Shown: positions 36,684 to 51,335 of the stretch, piece after piece
How positions within the stretch are numbered: the first letter of the stretch is position 1
Layout of the letters: the number at the start of each line of letters is the position of its first letter
DNA from: Callorhinchus milii
Taxonomy: Eukaryota
Assembly (NCBI RefSeq): GCF_018977255.1
Contig: NW_024704742.1
Location: 19,718,001 to 19,782,000, forward strand
Length of the DNA stretch: 64,000 nucleotides
Direction of reading: 5' to 3'
Made by a program: the position numbers and the translations under genes
The notes under the pieces: generated by a model
The model's database searches: none
Told to the model about the DNA's origin: nothing
The model's input: the letters and a program-made list of their open reading frames with translations, nothing else

Positions 36684-37419
36684 CTGTGTAAGTAAAGAAG
36701 ATTGAATTATCCAAGAGGTTTGATGAAAAAGACCCTGTGGCTCTTTTGATTTTCAATTTTCAGAATCCCTACCCTATCATGTTTCAATTGTAACATCAAA
36801 CCTTTTCTTCCCCTGTACTATCTAATTGAGAACAAACATTAAGCTCACAATTTTTTAAAAAATGGTACAGTGAAACTTCTGGCGCAACGAAGATTACCAA
36901 ATATACAATGATGCTTCACTCTTAGGAGACCTGCAGGCAAAACTGTGAAGCAAAAGGTTTGAAAATGTGCTATTAATGAAGAGAAGTGGGGTCAATATCT
37001 GAGGAAAGTGTTGAAAGGCAGCTCAACTTCAACTGATCCAATTTAAGCTAACAGAATGTACTATCTTGTTGATTGTCCAGTGGGCATTTTGGATCATTTT
37101 ATAATTGCTGGAGACCTAAAGAAGGAAATTAGTTTCATAATTTATTTCCGTTTTAGTGAGTGAGCCCCTGCAGCATTTTCAAATGGTCCTTGGGATTCAA
37201 AAATTACTTCACTGGGACAATTTGTCCAATTTCGCATATTTCTCATCAAAAGGAAAACCAATCAACAAACTGGTTCAATTACAAAATTATTCAATCTTAA
37301 AAATTACGGGGCGGAAGGGGAAGTGATCACATCTCACAAAAATGGTTATTTGAACAAGAGAGAGATGCTTGGATACAACACAGTAAAATAATGGACAATC
37401 ATATTGGTACCATTGCTAG

Positions 37420-37860
37420 TAACAGCAAAAAAATTACATTTGTATAGCGCCTTTCACATTGGAAGGACATCCCAATTTGCTGGATGGTCAAGGATTTGGA
37501 CCCGATCAGGGAGGATGAGGGCAGAAAGGGTAGGGGTAGGAGAGTGGCTGAAGGCAGGGTCGAAGAGGAGTCTTGAGACGTGCTTTGAAGGAGGCAATGG
37601 AGGGAGCGAGACGAAGGGACTGTTGGATGTAGTTCCAAACGGTGGGGGCAGAGAAGCTGAAGGCTCGACTGCCGATGATGGGACAGATCAGGTAGGGGGC
37701 ATGGAGAAGGCCGGAGCATGCTGAGCGGAGGGAGCGGACAGGTTGGTGTGGGGTTAGCAAGGTCACAGAAGCAGGGAGGAGCAAGGCCATGGAGGGCCTT
37801 GGGTGACAGGTCACAGAGACTGATGCAGGCGTGGGCACGAGCTGCAGACTTCTCTGGATT
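37420..37860 (-). mobile_element. L2 3' fragment
   Basis: RAFSFSAPTVWN...FKARLKT translation and L2 tail. Confidence 0.85.
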
Positions 37861-38579
37861 TCAATAGCAACTCCTAAAATCTAATGGGTTTCTCTTCTCT
37901 AGGTATCATAATTAACAACGGGAACAGGTTGCCAGGAAGAGTGGTTAAAACCAGGACACAGGATTCATTTAAAAAGCAGCTTGATGCTGTGATGGAAGGA
38001 TGGTAAGTGAGTATTTTGAAGGGATCAGATGGATCGAAGGGTCTTCTTCACCTGAACAAATCTTGTGATTTTATGGAGAACATTTTCTACTGATTAAAAC
38101 AAAGTCTTTTCCTTCACCAATGTCCTCTCTTTTTCTTCACCAATGTTATCCTTTTCTCCATCCTTTTAGGTGTTTGACTCCTTTTTCCTTTCTACTATCT
38201 TACATTTGAGAAGCATTTGACAACAAAGTACAATTTCTGGATCTGTGATAATATTTTTTAACTTCAGTATAAAATTGCACATCTTCCTTCTAAGTAATAC
38301 CCTGTTTGCACTACTTGCTGCACTTAAAGTTCTCACTGTAAAGCATGACTTAGGCATTATTGACGGATTGCTTCTTTAAACTGTGTTGCAATTTGTACTA
38401 CTACAAACACTAAAGTTTATGCACACTCTCAAACCAAAGTAGGCTTCCAGATTGCAAACCTGCTGCAGACTACATGAGGTTATTCGAAAAACTTTCTAAT
38501 AATAACTTGCACTTTCAATGCATCTACTGATTAAAACAAAGCCCTTTCCTTCACCAATAACTTGTATTTATATAAAATA

Positions 38580-38802
38580 AACCTAAGTTTCGATTGGCAG
38601 ATTGCTTTTCCAGGGTAATAATTTCTTCCAAAAAAAAAACTGAATCCATTGCTGTTTATGGGACACTACTGTGCGCAATTGGCTGCTGGGTTTCGCCAAC
38701 AAAATATGCAGTCAATTCACTTTACAGTATATTCCATGAAGCGCTTTGAGACGTCTTGAAGACGTGATAAGGCGTTATATCAAATGCAAGTGTTATTATT
38801 AA
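38580..38802 (+). mobile_element. SINE, 5'-truncated
   Basis: cgattggcagattgcttttcc...gcgttatatcaaatgcaag. Confidence 0.85.
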
Positions 38803-39880
38803 TATAATTCCTTAGAAATGACTGTAAATTAAAGCAAAATTCACAGTGTTTACTAAGATTTTTGAAGCAATTACAAACTGCACCAAAATTGTAACAGAAA
38901 ACGCGATGCACTTTCCGATGAAAGGATTTGATGGCCTTCTTCTGTTATTTCCATTCTATGTACTGTATGATTGACCCATTTAAATGTGTTAAGAATGACA
39001 CTAGCAAGGTATGTTAATACAATTTAGCCAACACAATTTCACAACTTGAAAATGAGCTACCGCAATTTACAGAAAGTGACAATCTAATTACATGCACAGT
39101 CAAACAGAACAAAGTAACAATGACTCACAGTGGCTTTTACATTATGCACTGAGGATGTCAGCATATTGAGAAAACAGCAAAGCAAAAACAGCTGCTACAG
39201 GCTGCTGCTTTATGCCACTCCAGCAGGAAACCATTACAATCAAGTCAATTCTGAGGTAATTGATCACTTGATCAAAATCCTAGAACTGCTATTCCAACTC
39301 CATCATGGGAGCGCCATTATCATAGCGACAGCGGTGGTTCAAGGAGCACCAATTCTTTACTCTTTCATAGCAACGAGGAATGGGCAATAAATGCTGTTTC
39401 TGTCAGTGTTGCTCCCATACAGAGATGAATATATAAAAGGCCATTGTCTCAGTCAGTGCCGGATCAAAACTGAAAGGTTATATAGGGACTGGTGATAGCA
39501 CCTGCAGTGTTACCACGATTCATAAATGATGTGCACTTCTTGTGCAATTTATAAGGAAAAAAGCTATAAACGTAGAAATAAAATTTAAAAAGTTTGAGAG
39601 GGTGGTGGGTTATGATGATCCAAGCCTTTGAATGCTACGAGATGATTCAGATACAGGCAGGCTACTTAATTCAAACTGGGACATCAGAACCTGAGGAATT
39701 AGGTTTTAATGAATGTCTCATGTGAGACTAGTGATTTGAAAATGTGTTGGTTTTTTTACCTTCGCCCCCTCCCCCTTAAAAAAAGAATAGAACTGTGAAA
39801 CATAAGCACAGCAAAATAAATGGATGCTCTTGGGGAGAAATTCTACCTGGGTGCAGATTTATTCTACTTCTGTAGCATTT

Positions 39881-40182
39881 CTATAGCTCAGTGGTTAGAG
39901 CACTCGCCTTGCAAGCGAAAAACCTGGGTTCGATTCCCGGCAGGACGAAACCTTGAGCAAGTTTCCTTACTCCACATGCCTGATAATAATCCCTCAAGAA
40001 AAAAAAACAATAATAATTTGGTCACTCAATCCACGACTGTTTGTGGGATACTGCTGTGTTTAATTGGCTGCCGTGTTTCGCCCACAAAATTTACAGTCAA
40101 TTCACTTTGCAGTATATTCTGTGAAGCACTTTGAGATATCTAGAAGACGTGAAAAGCGCTATATCAAATGCAAGGATTATTC
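39881..40182 (+). mobile_element. tRNA-Ala SINE, short (internal-deletion) subfamily
   Basis: TAGCTCAGTGG, GGTTCGATTCC, TGC anticodon loop; middle segment absent. Confidence 0.9.
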
Positions 40183-41134
40183 TTTATTTATTATTATTTC
40201 AGAGCATCCAGAATTTGGTATATTCTTAACTGCAGCCCTAATTTTGAAGCTGGTTTTGGGTAAGTTCTTTTGAGATGAACGATAATAATAGTCCTTGCAT
40301 TTGGTACAGTGCTTTATCGCATCGCTGAGATATCTCAAAGCACTTCACAGAATACATTATAAAATTAATTGACTGTGTACCCAACTGTCCAAAGAGAACT
40401 AAAACTGCTAAGTAAAGGCAAATTCTGGACGTTCTAAAAAGCTGCATAAATAGAGTAAATAAGTGCTCTGAAATGCCGTTCGGCATGAAGTGTGCTACAT
40501 AGTTGTTGTAAATCTAGACCCGGGTGGCACTTCTCCCCATTATCTCTTTCAAAGCAAAAGCTGGATAAGTATCGAGTTGAGAATGGGGCTGAAGGCTGTA
40601 GGAATAAGTATATTTTAGATGGGATAGGATGGGGGTGAAGGGGTGGTGGGGGGGTGGGAAGAGTCACCTACGGAGAGCAGTTGACCTGGGTTAAAGTCCA
40701 TGGTGGAGATGGGATAGATACTGTATTTAAAACTATCCTGACATTACCTTTGGTGATCAGAAAGTATTCATGCAGAACTTAATATTGTGAGTCATTGGAA
40801 TGGGTAGATTTGATTGCCTATAAAATGAGTGGGTATGATTGACCTTACTGGATTTTTCAGTGCAGGCTTGCTTATGGTTTATTTGCACTTGTTCAGTCTC
40901 GGTTGCATCACTAGATTGACATTACAAGTTTAAACGTTGGTACTGTACTGTATAGAGAGACTTGGCATTAATACCCATTTTTAACCCAGACAAACTGGTG
41001 GGGTGAACGGGAATGGGTGGGGGGGGTTCATGATAATACTGGGTGTTTCCAGGTTAAAACACAGCACAAACCATTTATTGTACCACAATACATTTTCACT
41101 GCTGCTAATTCAGTGTAATGCCAGACATTTGGTA

Positions 41135-41462
41135 CAATAAAAGGTCTACAGAAAAACTACTTCCTCTGGTGGGGGAACCCAGAACCAGGGGCCATAATCT
41201 CAAAATTACAGCTAGCCATTTAGTATTTAAATCAGGAGGCATTTTTTCACACAATGTGTTGTGGAAATCCGGAACTCCCTCAAAAGGCTCTGGATGCTGG
41301 ATCCATTCAAATTTTCAAGAATGAGGTGACTAGATTTCTGTTAGATCAGGGTATTCAGGGCAAGGATGGGTAATTGGATTTGAGGTGCAGATTAGCCATG
41401 ATCTTATAGAATGGTGGAACAGGCTCGAGGGGCTGAATGGCCTCCTCCCGTTCCTATATTTC
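41135..41462 (+). mobile_element. CR1-clade LINE 3' end (shark HER1-like)
   Basis: RTRGHNLK motif; tail ggctcgaggggctgaatggcctcctcccgttcctat. Confidence 0.85.
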
Positions 41463-41679
41463 TAAGATACTGAACTGCTAATTTTGCAAAGTGCGCATAT
41501 CTTGTGATCCATTTCTATCTAGTATTTTAATAGCAATGACCTCAAATCCACATGGAAACAAATAAACAAAAGAAAATAGACCTTGGACTTGATGTTATTT
41601 ACAAAGTTCAGTAATGCACATATATTCAAATTGAAATAGGTTTTTGGGGCTACCCCATTACTTCCAGTATTTCTTACAA

Positions 41680-42725
41680 TATAATACAAAATTACATTTG
41701 TAAAGCGCCTTTCACGTAGGGAAGACGTCCCAAGACACTGAACTGTCAGGACCCGGGGTGGGGGGGTTGGTTGGGATCAGAGAGGGCAGAGAGAGTAGGA
41801 GGGTGGTCAAAGGCATGTTGAAGAGGAAGGTCTTGAGGCGTGCATTGAAGGAGGCAAGGGAGGGAGCGAGGCGAAGGGAATGTGGGATGGATTTCCAGAG
41901 GGTGGAGGTAGAGAGGCTGAAGGCCCAACTGCCGATGGTGGGCCCAGCCGGGCGGGGGACATTGAGCAGGCCGGAGCTTGCTGAGCGGAGGAAGTTGACA
42001 GGTTGAAAAGGATAAGCTGGTAGGAGAGGGCCAGGCCACGGAGGGCCTTGAAGGTGAGGACGAGAATTTTGACCTTGATCCTCTGAGGGATGGGGTTCCA
42101 GTGGGTGTGATGGAGTCATGGAGCCTGGAGCAGGAGAAGCCATGAGCTTCAGAGCTCTAGATGATCTGCAGCTTGTGGAGGGAAGAGTTGGGGGGCCGAC
42201 AAGGAGGACATTGGCATAGTCGAGCTTGGTTGTAATGAAGGCATGTATGAGAGTTTCGATGGCCTGAGGGGGGAGGCAGTGTCAGAGTTGGGCAATATTG
42301 CGGAGCTGGGGGAAGCCAGAGCTGGTCATGGCACGGATGAGGGAAGAAAGGACAGTTGAGGGTCGAACAGACGTCCAGGTTCCTGACTGGCTCAGTGAGA
42401 TGGAGTGTGCATCCTTGGATGCTGATGCTGCCAGTGCCAGAGGTACAGAGGCGCTGGTGCGAGCCAATCCGCAGGCCTCGGTGTTGCTGACGTTCAACTG
42501 TAGAAAGTTGGCTCTCATCCAGTACTTGATGTCTGACAAACATTCTGTCAGGGCATCTATGGTCCTGGAGTCGAGGGTGGAGGCAGAGAGATAGAATTGG
42601 GTGTCATCCGCATACGTGTAGAAGTTGACCCCATGTCTGTGAATGATGTCACCAAGAGGGAGCATGTACAGGTTGAAGAGGAGAGGACCAAGAACAGAGC
42701 CCTGAGGAACACTGCATGAGAAGGT
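41680..42725 (-). mobile_element. L2 fragment (RT to 3' end)
   Basis: VPQGSVLGPLLF and YADDTQ motifs; tail. Confidence 0.92.
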
Positions 42726-43765
42726 GGTAATAATAATAATTAATAATAACAATAATAATATGACAGAAATGAAAAACACACATAACCAGATCTGTAACCT
42801 GGTTCTTTATATTTTTTAAATCCACTGTTTAATTGTTGTAGTTCTGTGAGGCGCAGGATATTTTTGTTTTAAAACAGTAATTCCATTCTGGAAAAAAAAA
42901 CACAAGTTATCTTTTACTATCCTTCTTAACAGAACAAAATTATTTAAATAAAGAATAAAAGTAGCACAATTAGTCAAGTTAAAATATGTTACAATAATAA
43001 CCTTCAATTTTTAAACAAAAAGCAAAATGGTTATTTTCTACATGTGCGGAAATGTCCTGCACTGGTGATGTGCCGAAATATCGGGTGAATATTCTCTACG
43101 GAAAGGGGACCAGAGCTGGGTGAGTAAACATGTGGGTGGGAGAATATTATGCAGCATTTCTTTGACTTTGGTCTTCAGCAAATATGTATACAATACATCC
43201 CCCAGGAGACAAGTGGGTTTCTTAATGGGCTAGGTTTTGCATGATTTTTAGAAGGAACAGATTTGATGGGTGAATAACATTATGTCATGGGGTGGGGGGG
43301 TGGTTAACAGCAGAGCACTGCATAGCTCATAGAGGTGATCAAGAAAAAATTGCACAGTGCTGACTGTATACACTCACAGTAACTGACGGGAAAGGGAATC
43401 TTACTCTAATGCAAGTGATGATTTCTTTCCCCTCCTCCTCCACCTGCCATTTCAATGTAGGTCATTGAAGCACTTGCTGCAAGTCTTCTACTAATTCGAG
43501 AGACTTTGTTATTATTTGTTTCCAAATCTAATAGTAATCCTTGCATTTGAGATTGAGCCTGATCACGTCATTGATACGTCTCAAAGCGCATCACAGAATG
43601 TACTTTAAAGTGGATTGCTGTGTATTTTGTGGGTGAAAATATAAATTGAAATACCAGGTGACCTAATTATAAGATAACTCCCCCCTCCAAAAAAAAATTC
43701 ATAGTTATATTTGTATAATTAATGAGTGGAACTGGTTACTAGGAAGGGGAGATTTGACTCCTGTT

Positions 43766-44150
43766 TATAATAATAATAATCCTTGCGTTTGATAAAGCGC
43801 CTATTAAGCGCTTTGGGACGTCCTCCCGACGTGAAAAGCGCTATATCAAATGCAAGGATTATTATTATTATTATATCTTCAAGATGTCTCACAAAGTGCT
43901 TCACAGAATATACTGTAAAGTTAATTGACTGTATATTTTGTGGGTGAAACGCGGCAGCCAATTGCACACAGCAGTGTCCCACAGACAGCTGTGGAATAAA
44001 GTGATCAATATATTATTGTTGTTTTTGTTTTATTTTTGAAGGAATATTACCCCCGGGGAAAAAGCGATCTGACAATCGACTACCTGGAATCAAGCCCAGG
44101 GCTCCTGCTTGTGAGGAAAATGCTCTAACCACTGAGCTACAGGACTCCAC
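43766..44150 (-). mobile_element. tRNA-Ala SINE with an inverted tail fragment inserted in its 3' end
   Basis: Head ends at 44150; plus-strand tail piece at 43805-43874. Confidence 0.85.
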
Positions 44151-45434
44151 AATAATTGCTTATAACTATAGTTGCAGCAAATTTAGAGTTTTCGGTGGTT
44201 TTGGTTTTTGAAACAGAGAATAATGACCTGACGCAATGTGGAGATTCTGGGTAGTATAGTGTATGAATTTTGAGCTTGAATAATAATAATCCTTGTATTT
44301 GATATGCAGCCTTTTACGTTTCGAGGAAGTCTCAAAGAGCTTCACAGGATATATTGTAAATCATAGGATCTGAACGTAAAATCCAAATAAATGTAATTTG
44401 TACTAAAAATATAATTTATATGGATCAAGTGCTTGCTCGGGCCTGGTATTTAAGATGGTTGCATCCACTTATTATAGTAAATTATGATTATGTCTTTTTG
44501 TGAGTGTTATGAACATTGACGCAGTAGGGAATTTTTAGTCTTGTGTTAGAAATTACAGTGGAAGGCAATCAGTTAATTTTATCTTCTTAAAACTGTTTGC
44601 TAATCCACCCAGATGGTCTCTCAGCCACAACCTGTGAGCATGAGGCTTATTTGACCAAAATTTCCATTATCCAAAGAGTAGATGAGTTAAATTGAAAACT
44701 AGTGAATCAAGTACTACATTTGTTTTTAGAAAATCCTGAAAAACAGGCCTTGAACAATACTCGACCTTATTAAAAATAATATAAAAGATTGAGTCCTCGG
44801 CTGGGCTCGTCATTAAAAATTGAGGTGCGAAATTCCATTTAGTCTCAGCCTGTGAGGCAGCTTTGTCTGAAAAATTTAAGAGAGTAGATTGTGAAAATCT
44901 TCTTAAATTCAGCCCTAATTTGGAAGTTGCTTCTTTTTAAGAGGTGCGTAAAACTGACTTCCAAATTGAGATGGGATTTAAGAATTTTCTACAATGATGC
45001 ACAAGTTTGCATTTTAAAAGAGAAAATGACCTTGTAGCTGAGACTGGCTGGAATTTTGGGTATCTGATGCCTTCTGTTTCAGTCATTGCCCTAATTTTAC
45101 ACTACTCTGAAATTTACTGTAAATTAAAAGGTACTATGTTTCAAGATGTGTGCATATTGCTACTGATTATTGTTTGGTGTGCCATCAAACAATAATAATA
45201 TTCCTTATATTATTATAATAATAGTAGCTCCTTATCACGTCATTGAGACGTCTCAAAGCGCTTCATAGAATATGCTATAATGTGAATTGACCATATATTT
45301 TGTGGAGCAAAAAACAGCAGCCAGTTGCGCACAGCAGTGTCCCACAAACAGTTGCAGATTGAGTGACCAAACTTTACTTGCTTTAAAACACAAAAATTCT
45401 TGCATTTAATTTTAGAATCTATTTCAGGTTAACA

Positions 45435-45832
45435 CGTTCTCTGAGTCAGAAGGTTGTGAGTTCAAGCCACAATTTGGGACTTGGAACACGTATAGTCTAG
45501 GCTGATAGAAAAATAGCTTGGGGTTTACAGCATTGTTAGAAGTGCTGTCACTCAGATGTATTTGTTTTATTTATTTGTTCAGATGGATGTTAAAGATGCC
45601 ATGACACTATTCAGCAAGAAAAGGGAGTTCATCAGCCTGAAGTTCTGAACAAAAATCCCCCAAATAAATTGATCACTTGCTCCATGGCTGTTTGTGGGAA
45701 ATTGCTATGCACAAATTGGTTCCTGCATTCATCCACGGAATACACACAGTCATAACACTTTTCAGTGTATCCTGTGCAGCACTTTGAGACATCTCGGTGA
45801 CGTGATGAGGTGCTATATCATTTGCAATAATT
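45435..45832 (+). mobile_element. Older DeuSINE (SacSINE1-like)
   Basis: ctgagtcagaaggttgtgagttcaag...taaagatgccatgacactattc...tail; further fragments at about 20910-21215, 26790-27070, 36270-36490 and 58410-58650. Confidence 0.72.
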
Positions 45833-46646
45833 ATAAATCATAGAAACGGTTGGGAAAATAATTCTGTTAGTTCAGAAAACATTTCTTTACACAGAGGTTG
45901 GTTGAAATGGGAAATTCTCTGACACGTAACATTGTTGAGAACTTGACAGCTGCTTGAAAAAATAATATTAAAGATTGAGGGGAGCAACAACAAGAAGTTA
46001 CATTTATATAGCGCCTTTCACATCGGGAGGATGAGCAGGATGGTGAGAATAAATTAGATTGGTTCATGTGGAAGAAAAACACCCATTCAGACTTGATGGG
46101 CTGAATGGCCTGTTTCTGTGCTACAACATTCTCAAATTCTATTTCTAAGATAGAGCAAAGCACCAGTGGGTCACACAGGGAATCTGTTCCCAAACCCTCG
46201 GTGTATATTGCTCTCAAAGAAGCCTTTTAGAAAAGCACAGACATAACATTGGATGACGGATCGCTCTGCAATTCTTCCTTGGTAGTGGATAGTAAACCTG
46301 TGGAACAGGCTCCCCAAGGAGACGGTTGAAGCAGGAAATATTAATCCCTCCACAGATTTGATAGTTTTCATTTAGGAAATAACATTATGGGATGTAGTAC
46401 ATAGGTAGTTCGGGGCATATGTGCATGCGACCTCCAGGAAAGTGGAAGGCAAACTAGATGGACCTTGGGTTTTTTTCATCCAAGATTTCTTATGTTATGT
46501 TTTTTGTCCACATTATTATCTTAGCATCAATGTTGGGCTTCTGCTCAGTGTATTTCAAAGACGAGTCAGTCATATTGCAGTAAGAACAAATGTACATACC
46601 TGTACTAGGTAAACTGGAGTTCCCTCCGTCTGATGTCTTCCATTTA

Positions 46647-46811
<165 letters not shown>

Positions 46812-47779
46812 TCAAGCTGCATTATTCTAAGCTACAAGACAAAGTTGACAAATGCTCTGAATGCCAGACGAGCGCGAATTTTCATCTAATGTTTATTCAA
46901 TGAAAGTGAAAGTTACACTTCGAAAAGGAGAATAGTGTATTTATACAATACGTATCCCCCTGACCTTTATTTTACCATCGGCAGCTGTTTATTGAACAAA
47001 AATGATTCACAAGACACCAAAATAAATTGAATTTAATCCCAGAAACGGGGGATATACTTGTAAATCCTATTTGGGTTTGAAAATGCCATTTTATATTTTC
47101 CTTGTTATATGCACTCTACGTCTCAGCTACTGAATAAATTCACTGAACATTGTTTGCATTCAACGAAACGAAAATCTCATTAGAGGGGGAGTAAAACAGA
47201 ACCATACTGATCCTCCTTCAACTACTTTTATCTTGTTCTGCTCATTCCACAGCATGGCAAGTGGATAGGCTATGGAGAGCTGATAGACTTTCAACAGGTT
47301 ATTGAAGTGGTACAGAGCTCAGAGCAATGAATATCAGGAAACCTACAACGTCTGGTCCAAATGGATATGGATGTGGGAAGAAATTTCATACGGCTGAGCT
47401 GAAAGCATTAGGGTGCACCTGGGGGACTGTCTGTTTCTCATCCAGCTAGTAGCCCATCTTACTTCTTAAAGCAAACATCCGATGCCGGTTAAACTCCAGC
47501 AATAACTCAACGCACATTCTGGGGTCCAATCTGCACCTAATACTTTCTGGAATTGGGTAAACAGGATGTGTCCCTCTGGTAAGAGAGTGCACGTTCCATT
47601 CCTGAACACGGGAATTTCCATTTTACTGATCATCAGTTTTTGTTACTCGTCAAGGCTAAGAATCGATCACTGTTAGTCCTCTCCTTATTTTGTGCCCTTT
47701 TGTTGCTTTATTATGTTTCTCATTTATAAGTTTGCACAGCATGTATTTGTCACGCAGTGAACCACGGTTCTTCACAAAG

Positions 47780-48940
47780 ATTGTTCAGCACAGAAACAAA
47801 TCACTCGACCCAACCAGTCCATTCCAGTGTTTATACTCCACACGAGTCTCTACCCATTCTTTACTTGCTCTCATACACTTCTATTCCCCTCTTTCTCATG
47901 TGAAGATCTAGCTTCTTCTTGACGTCTTCGGGACATTGTCCTGACATGAAAGACGCTCTATAAATATAATTTTGTTGTTGTTGGATGCATCTACACTACG
48001 TGATTCAATCACCACTGCAGGCAGCATGTTTCATAATCTCAGTCCCTCTGAAGTAGTGAAATAGTTCCTCCTAAATTCTCTTTTAGATCCCATAGTTGCT
48101 ATCTTCTATTTGCGTCCCCTGGTTACAACTTCCCAAACAGTGGAAACAGCCTATTTATGCTAACCTGATTGAACCCTTTGATAATTTTAAACACCTCAAT
48201 TAGGTCCCCTTTTAAACATCTCTTTTCTAGTGCTAACAGGCCTAGCCCATCGAGTCTATTCTGATAGTAGTAACCTGCCATGATCCTCATAAACCCACTT
48301 ATACTCTTTCCATCACTGCTATATGATTCTTGTGGTGAAACAACCAGAATTGGACAAAGTAGATTAAATATGGTTTAACCAAGGTTTTGTACAAATTCGA
48401 CTTAACCTTCTCACTTTTATACACTACTCCTCTGGATAGAAAGACAAGCGGCCTTTTTATAACCCTATAAAATGTTGTGCAGCTACTTTTATAGATTCGT
48501 GAAACTGAATCTCCAGATGTCTTTGTTCCTCTATTCTTCTTTGGTTCCTTCCATCTAGACTATAAATGGCTTCTTTTTTTTCCTGCCAAAGTGAAATACT
48601 TCACATTTTCCTACACTATACTTCATTTGCCATCTGTCTGCCCATTTTACTAAGGCTGTTTATGTCATCCTGCAATATTCTGCAATCCTCTACACTATTT
48701 ACCTCATCCCTAGTTTGGTGTCATTTGTAAATTTTGACACCACACCTTATATACCTGAATCCAAATCCTCTATTTATATGGTAAATAGCAGCATTCCCAA
48801 CACAAATCTCTGCAGAGCACAATTTCCTACCTCTTGCCAGCCTGAGAAGATGCTCTTAACTCCTACATTTTGCTTTTCAAATAAATGTATTACATTGGCC
48901 ACCCTCCAATCTTCTGACACAAATCCTTTCTCTACAAGGT
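47780..48940 (-). mobile_element. Degraded CR1-clade LINE
   Basis: EDWRVANVIHLFEK and LGMLLFTI translation; CR1-type tail; smaller CR1 ends at about 1490-1630, 37900-38070, 39270-39435, 45840-46500 and 52510-52830. Confidence 0.78.
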
Positions 48941-50081
48941 TCTTAAATAATAATAATAATCTTCGCATTTGATATAGCGCTTTATCATGTCCTCGAGACG
49001 TCTCAAAGCGCTTCACAGAACATACTGTAAAGTGGATTGACTGTGTACTCTATGGGCCAAATAGAATTCAAAAACATTCTGGAGCAATTAACACATTGAC
49101 TCAAATATGGAATCCATTCAGGATCTAAAGCACATTGTGTTTGTATAACACAACCCTAAGTGGAGGCTGGGTTGAGGTGATTTGTTACCTGAGCTGATAA
49201 ATGCCAGATATACTTAGAGCTGATCTAAGCTGCTTTGACCAGCACCTCCCAAGCTAAAACGATGAAAGGATGATTTGTTCTCAGCTCCTTTTCAGGATCT
49301 CTATGCTGAGTGAACAAGTGTTGCAGCAGATAACGGATATGTTTTCTTCAGTTTCTTCCTTGGCAAAAATAAATTCACCACCACATCGGCATCAATCCAA
49401 CTCATTTTCTCAAGAGTCACCGCATCCAATCGAATGTTCTCACATTATGACTGCAATGTGACTGTCAGAATGAATTAAGTTACAGCGTCCTTTCGACAAC
49501 ACTGCTTTGAGTGGTCGTATAAAAAAGAATGGTACCATGTAAAGAACTTTGGAGGAAAAAGTGCTTGATGCAAATTGAAGGGAGTTTTAAACAATGTATG
49601 GAACAGGGGAAAATGTGGTGTAGGAGAGGGAAATTTCCATGTGGCACCCTTATGTGGAACTCTCAGTCTACTTTGGATACTCTTAAGCATGGTGACGGGT
49701 TTCTACATGTTTTTTACCAGCTGACTAACAAAAAAATCAAGGAAAAAGGCGGGGGACTGTAAGCATGGTCGAAGAGGAAGGTTTTCAGGCGGAACTTGAA
49801 AAAGGGGAGAGAGGGGGCAAGACGGATGGACTGAGGGAAAGTGTTCCAGAGTTGCGGGGCATAGTGGTTGAATGTGCTATTTCACCAGCATTTGCTAAAA
49901 TGGGACCACAGTATAAGCAGAACAGATCTCCTAGTTACCCAGAGCAAACATCAAATTAAATGACTCCCAATACACCCCTTGATCTGACCTGTCTATACCC
50001 AGGAGTTAAGTAGCTCACCACTATTCCTTGCACATGTCTGATAAACGCATGTTATTACTTAGATTTGTTTCATCCTGATCA

Positions 50082-50666
<585 letters not shown>

Positions 50667-51335
50667 GCAAGGGCATGAAAGTTAATGCCCTTGCTGTGAT
50701 ATAATAATAATAAATTATTAATCCTTGTATTTGATATAGCACCTTATCATGTGGTTGAAAAGCTTCACAGAATATATTGTAAAGTAAATTGACAGTGTAT
50801 TTTGTGGGCAAATGTAGAGGTTTGAAACTTGGCACTAAAAGTGGTCTCAATTCCACACATTATATTCCACCCTGTCAACAATAGACTTTTGAAATCTACC
50901 AATTTATCTCTCAAATGTAATGGACAGCGCATTAATTGATTTTCTGGTTAAAATTCTACATCTGCTAAATTTACTACAGACAAGTTAGTTTCGCCAACTT
51001 TTGGCAGGGTAAATATTCCCCGCCCTTTAGACCTGTAACCCACAGACCGAATGTCTTGCTCCCTCCCTTGCTTCCTTCAAGGCACGTCTCAAGACCCTCG
51101 TCTCAACCGGGCATTCGGCCCCTCTCCATCCTACCCTCCCTGCCCTCCACCAAACCCTGATCCCAAACCCCTGCTCAGGTCCAAACCCCTGAATTTTCAG
51201 TGCCTTGGAATGTCCTCCCAACATGAGAGGCGCTATACACATGTGATTTGTTTTTGAACCTGTCCATTTGTTATAAAATGTTTAAAATTTACTCTGAAAA
51301 ATTATTATTTTATTGATTCATGCAGTGGCATAATT

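Noticed and set aside
40378..40595. Candidate SPMIP2 exon 4 (SLQPHSQLDTYPAFA...stop)
   Set aside because: The acceptor is plausible, but similarity is marginal and there is an early stop; it is unsupported without RNA data.
42800..42888. Strong minus-strand splice acceptor (T)nCCAG
   Set aside because: There are stops in all three frames and no SPMIP2 similarity.
49190..49254. Short minus-strand AG..GT-bounded segment
   Set aside because: It has an in-frame stop and no homology; it may be chance or a minor non-coding exon.
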